Below, in pieces: positions 59,701 through 64,000 of a stretch of DNA of 64,000 nucleotides. The translations under genes were made by a program, and so were the position numbers. Position 1 is the stretch's first letter. The number at the start of each line of letters is the position of its first letter. A model generated the notes under the pieces. It worked only from the letters and a program-made list of their open reading frames with translations. It was not told the DNA's origin and did not search any database. This DNA comes from Penicillus capitatus. Its lineage: Eukaryota; Plantae; Chlorophyta. The DNA is taken from NCBI GenBank assembly GCA_965649825.1, contig OZ287714.1, forward strand, positions 186,001 through 250,000, given 5' to 3'.

Positions 59701-62700
59701 TTCGTGTAATCCAGGATACCCCCTCGGGATGATGGTTCGTAACCTGTCTCTGATGTTTCCAGACTCACGTAGATCGCCTTGGTGTCAATCGAAAAAGTAA
59801 TGCTGGGACCATGATATTCCATTGGTTTGCACTCGAGGTTGGTGTAATCGCTTTCCAACTCCTTCATTGTGTAGCGCTTTCTGTATTCTTTTCTTCTTTC
59901 GTTGTAAACCACGGTCAATCGAAAAGACTCATCATCATTGACGTCGTACGAAATCTCTTTGTTCTCTGCGGAATAGGTTTGCAGCGAGACGTGGTGCACG
60001 TTTCCAGCAGTGACGCCATTCTCGTCTGCATAGATCTGAAAGAAAGTGCCTGGGTTTGTTATGCCGATCGACAAAATGCTCAAAGTGATCTTGACAACCT
60101 TTCTCCTCAGAGGACCATAATCTAAAGGGGCATCTGTCATATTGACTCTCTGTTGCCGAGAAGTCTGCCCACGCTGTTCCCGTTGCACCCGTTGCGCCTT
60201 TTGTTGCTTTGGGCGACGTTTCATAAGCATTTCCAGATAGCTGCTCATGGCGACGAAGGCATCCAAATTCTCAAAACGCAAACGGTCTGGCAGATTCTTG
60301 GACTGGGGTCCAAAAAGCCTCCATGCTTGTTGATAGCAATCAAACATCTGCTCTGTCGAAAGAGTGAGATTGTCATCGTCAAAGAACGCAGTGGACAGCC
60401 TTTCTTGCATTTGCCAGCCTGTGTCTTCTACCATGAGATGCCTCATCAACGGTTGGTTTTCGATCAATTCATCAAATCCCTTCTCGCAGGTCGTGTACAG
60501 TTCTTCAAACTTCTCTGTGAGATGCTTGACATTTTTTCTCAAGTCGTCGACATCCTCTCCAATCTTCGCCGAATAAATAAACATGTCTTTATGAATGCCT
60601 GCATACAGACATCGCAAGATGGCGCATGCTTCATCAAGAACACCAACTGTTCCTTCTTTATTATCATTCTCTGGTTGGAGCACCAGCTCTGCGGGTTGCT
60701 TCATCAACTGACTGTGTGCATTAAGGAACACGACACTCTTTTCAATCAGAGTTCTGGATGATTGCAGCACGCTACATGTCTTCCACCATTCGAAAAGCTT
60801 CTGTCCCGCAGATGCTGGGAGTTGGTTTACTAGGAGGGATATTGCGTGCAACCGGTCCATGAGTTCTCTGTCATTGAGTGAGCTAAGACCAGCTGACCCC
60901 TCTCCTTTCACATTTGGAGGTTCTTTTTGGAGATGCAAAGGTTGCAAGAACTGCTCTAAAGGCAACCGCGTTATGCTACCGGCACCGGACTCGTCTTTCT
61001 CACAGTTCGAGGCCACTGGGTCGACGTCTCTTTTTGATTCTCGGAGAGATCGCATGCAACACTCAGCGCTTTCAAACCACCAGTGATCCAGTGCTCTTGT
61101 CAAGAATTCCACGAGAAAAGGACCAGGCCGCTGTCGGTGTCGAAGCATCACTTCTGTCAGCTCGGAGAACTGTTCCTTCAGCTCCTTGAATACATCTTGC
61201 ATCTCGTTTATTTGGAGGGACAGAGGTCGCTGTCGACAGGCTTCGAGCAGCACATCTTTGACTTTTAGCAGAAGCTCTTTTTCCTTCTCTTGTCCTGAAC
61301 AGCTGAACATTCGAAAATTATTTATTTTCTTGACCATGTCTCGCATTCCCTGGATAAACAGTCGAGATGTGTAGGAGACGGAGGCGTACAGATGTCCATA
61401 TTTCGTCAGGAAAGTCTCGATATTCCACAAAAGCTCAAAAGGATCTGCCAGAAATTCATCCACTGTTCTTTCTGTGGAAAGGAACCAGTTATGCCAGATG
61501 CATTGAACCGACTCAAATACGCGCCGCAATTCTGGTGCATCATTCAGTGGCAGTGGTTGAAAATGACCTTCCTTTTTGGCCTCTTGAACCCTCGGAAGCA
61601 ACTTCATTGTGTACAGATCTGTTTTTTCGATGCTGTCTATCTTTGAACAGCAAAGACTGACGGTGGACAGGATCAGGTTCTGTGTGTAAGCTGCAGATGC
61701 GAAGGCATCTGGTTTGCCGATGCAACGCTCCTTCCATTCCCTATATTTGCTTTCGTCCTCCAAGAGATCCACACACAGTTCCCGGATTCCACCATCATTC
61801 GCCGCAGGACCTGTGCAGGCCTCTCGAAGTGTCTCCCACTTCTCTCTGAGCTTTTTGGAATCTTGATGCGGACTGTTTTGGTTTTTACTGAATTCCAGAC
61901 TTGAGGCCGTGCGAAGGAGATACAGAATGCGTTCATTGCCAATCGAGAGCAAAGTACACACGTCTTGAATCGCTTCTCGCACAGGATCACCCTTTTCGAG
62001 GGAACACAGGTCTTTTGTGCAAAAATCTTCAAGTTTTTTTATCCATCCATTCAACTTGTTTTCGACGGATCCCTCGGGGGATGGATGATCCTTCAGGAAA
62101 TCATTCGCCTGCCGTCCAACTTCCTTGCAGACCTCCCCTGCGGCCTCTTGGTTTGCAGCTGTCTCTCCATTGAGCATCTCGTGGAGTTCTGGCAAATCAG
62201 TTCCCAGCATTGACTCACACAGGTCTAGACCTTTGGTGGCTAATCCTTGAAATCTGCTCGACAAGTCTGCGCACAAATCCATCTTTCGTCTGTCGATTGC
62301 GTTTTTATTTTCTTCTATCTTTATCTGTAAATTCCTTAGATCTTTTTTTGTATCATCTAGCTCTTGTAGGGAGCGGATAACGTCAGCCTGGCAATGTTGT
62401 GAGAACATCGTTTCTGACATAGGATATCTTTGGTACTGTATTATCCTCTCTTCCAGTCTTCTTTGGTTTTTGAGCCGAGTGCTCCATCCTGCATCCAGAT
62501 CTGCTGCTCGTTTTTGAACTTCCTCTTTGGATGACAATCGTATTTCCTTAACAAATTGAACGAACTTTGTACGAGACAGCCAGACGGACAGCCAGACGAA
62601 TTGGAAAGCGATCACGATTTCTCGAACGATTGGTTGTTTGTCCTGATCCTCGATGCATCCCAGAAACGAATCCCACTTTCCATCTTTAAGTGCTTCAACT

Positions 62701-64000
62701 GCAGTGTTCATTTTTTCGGCGAAATCTCTAAAGATCTGTGCTTTGGTGCCGCGATCAGTCAACAATGCATGACGCGCCAACAGTCCTCCACTCCCATCGA
62801 CATCCAGACAAGCGGATTTTCTTGGCTGGTGTGTGATACAGTCATGGGCGACGCTTCTGTTAAAACTGAAAATGACTGCAACATCGTCTTCCGTGAGCTC
62901 AGGGCATAAGAATGAGAAGTTTGCACTTGCCATCGACGAATGCGAAGCAAGGCGTGTTCTCAGTTTTGCTGCATGCTCCCTCAGTTTCTCAAAGGTCGAA
63001 ATGGCTTGCAGCACCGTCAGCGTCTTTCCAGAACACATGTCGAGTAGACCGATGATTCCATTTTTTATGTCCTCAGCTCGCCACGCCCGCAGCAGTTCAC
63101 GATATGGTCCTAAGAGATGTTTAGCTTTCATGCTGATGAGCTCGTCGACAGCTGCATGGATAAGAACATCGTGTACCTCTTGTTTACTGGCTTCAAAAGT
63201 CAACTGCAGCTCCAGTTTGTCAGAGAATACATGCAGCTGAGATAATTCAGTGACCCTTTTACTCTTTTCCTTTGGATCCTCCGCCTTTTTGTAACACCGG
63301 ATGATTTCAGCTGCTTTCTTCGATAGAGCTTGATGTTGACAAGACTGCATCCATGACATCAGCTGTTCCAAGAACTTTTCGGTATCTTCTGGTCTCTCAA
63401 GTTCCTCTGTCAAGCACTTCTCTAGATCGTTCATCGGATTCGTGTTCGTCCAGCCACTTTCAGCAAAAGTGGACGGTAAGTTATTCACTGGAGCGAAGGA
63501 GGATTCTCGCAGACAGCTGTCATACATTATGCTCAACTCTTTGCTTTCTTGTGCCACTGAGAAGTGTTTTTCACTGTCCTCATTCAACATCGATCTATTC
63601 AGATCTTGAAGATTGCCCAATTTGTCGCCGTATCTGTCCAATGTATCCATACTGCACGTTGACGGGTCCAGCCTATCCAGTTCCTTACACGTCTTGATGG
63701 CTTCCCTCATTATGGTGGCAGACGTTTGCTGGGGGCTCTTCTTCGCTTCTTGCCACAGACTTTGATACTTGCTCTTCAGGGTGCGAATCTCATACTTGTA
63801 TCGGTCCAACTGTGAACTCCATCCTGAATCGGGCCTACTCCTCATCAGATTGACATCACTGTCACCGAGTAGATTGCTGTCTTTTATTTCTTTCAGTTGC
63901 GCATACATACACTTCATTTCACCGAATACATCATTCAGACCATTTCTTTGCAGCAAGTCTTCTGAAATGCCCAATTCTTTAATGAGGCCCGTGTATCTCT
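50792..64000 (-). CDS. Paralog of giant gene 1: helical stalk, ASH/Ig array and three VWA domains (5'-truncated; about 4,360 aa in window)
   Basis: Frame is open to the window end (R-Y-T-G-L-I-K-E-L-G-I-S, aligning with DLVDELGIS at ~6821 of gene 1). IDFGTLL/INFGVV Ig repeats at ~57230-58890; MIDAS DNSGS (~53400), DISVS (~52280), DCTSS (~51565); introns 51469-51524 and 51087-51142; stop at 50792. Confidence 0.9.

Noticed and set aside
51538-63697. Many short plus-strand and alternative-frame ORFs over the giant paralog
   Set aside because: Shadow ORFs; only the main minus frame has motifs and homology to gene 1.
1-64000. CRISPR arrays, rRNA, tRNA (including tRNA-Sec), prophage or bacterial contamination
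   Set aside because: No repeat-spacer array or tRNA/rRNA signature was seen by eye (tRNAscan-SE/Infernal not run); abundant spliceosomal introns, including in the A2M-like gene, show a eukaryotic origin.

Overview
Compact, intron-bearing eukaryotic nuclear DNA. It is most likely a green alga (inference: plant-type CA1P-phosphatase-like, LplA-like and mitochondrial SHMT genes sit with SepSecS, which land plants lack; introns are mostly 44-60 nt with CTAAC/CTGAC branch points). Each window edge cuts a giant paralogous gene, and the two face each other in inverted orientation (1-20031 +, 50792-64000 -). The + gene shows midasin-type AAA+ modules 4-6, a very long helical stalk, an array of ASH/PapD-like Ig domains and three tandem VWA/MIDAS domains, which is not canonical midasin. 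The - gene shows the same stalk, Ig array and triple VWA, and shares both intron positions; its AAA region would lie outside the window. Between them are about 13 genes: SepSecS, an unknown multi-exon gene, a serine carboxypeptidase, a CA1P-phosphatase-like protein, a bacterial-type alpha-2-macroglobulin (about 17 introns, signal peptide, no CxEQ thioester, C-terminal EGF), QSOX, a lipoate ligase, an EF-hand protein, a triple-GYF protein, a PfkB kinase, SHMT, a CTL transporter and TTC4. No rRNA, tRNA, CRISPR array or intact mobile element was recognised. All annotation is by eye; splice models are manual and no searches were run.
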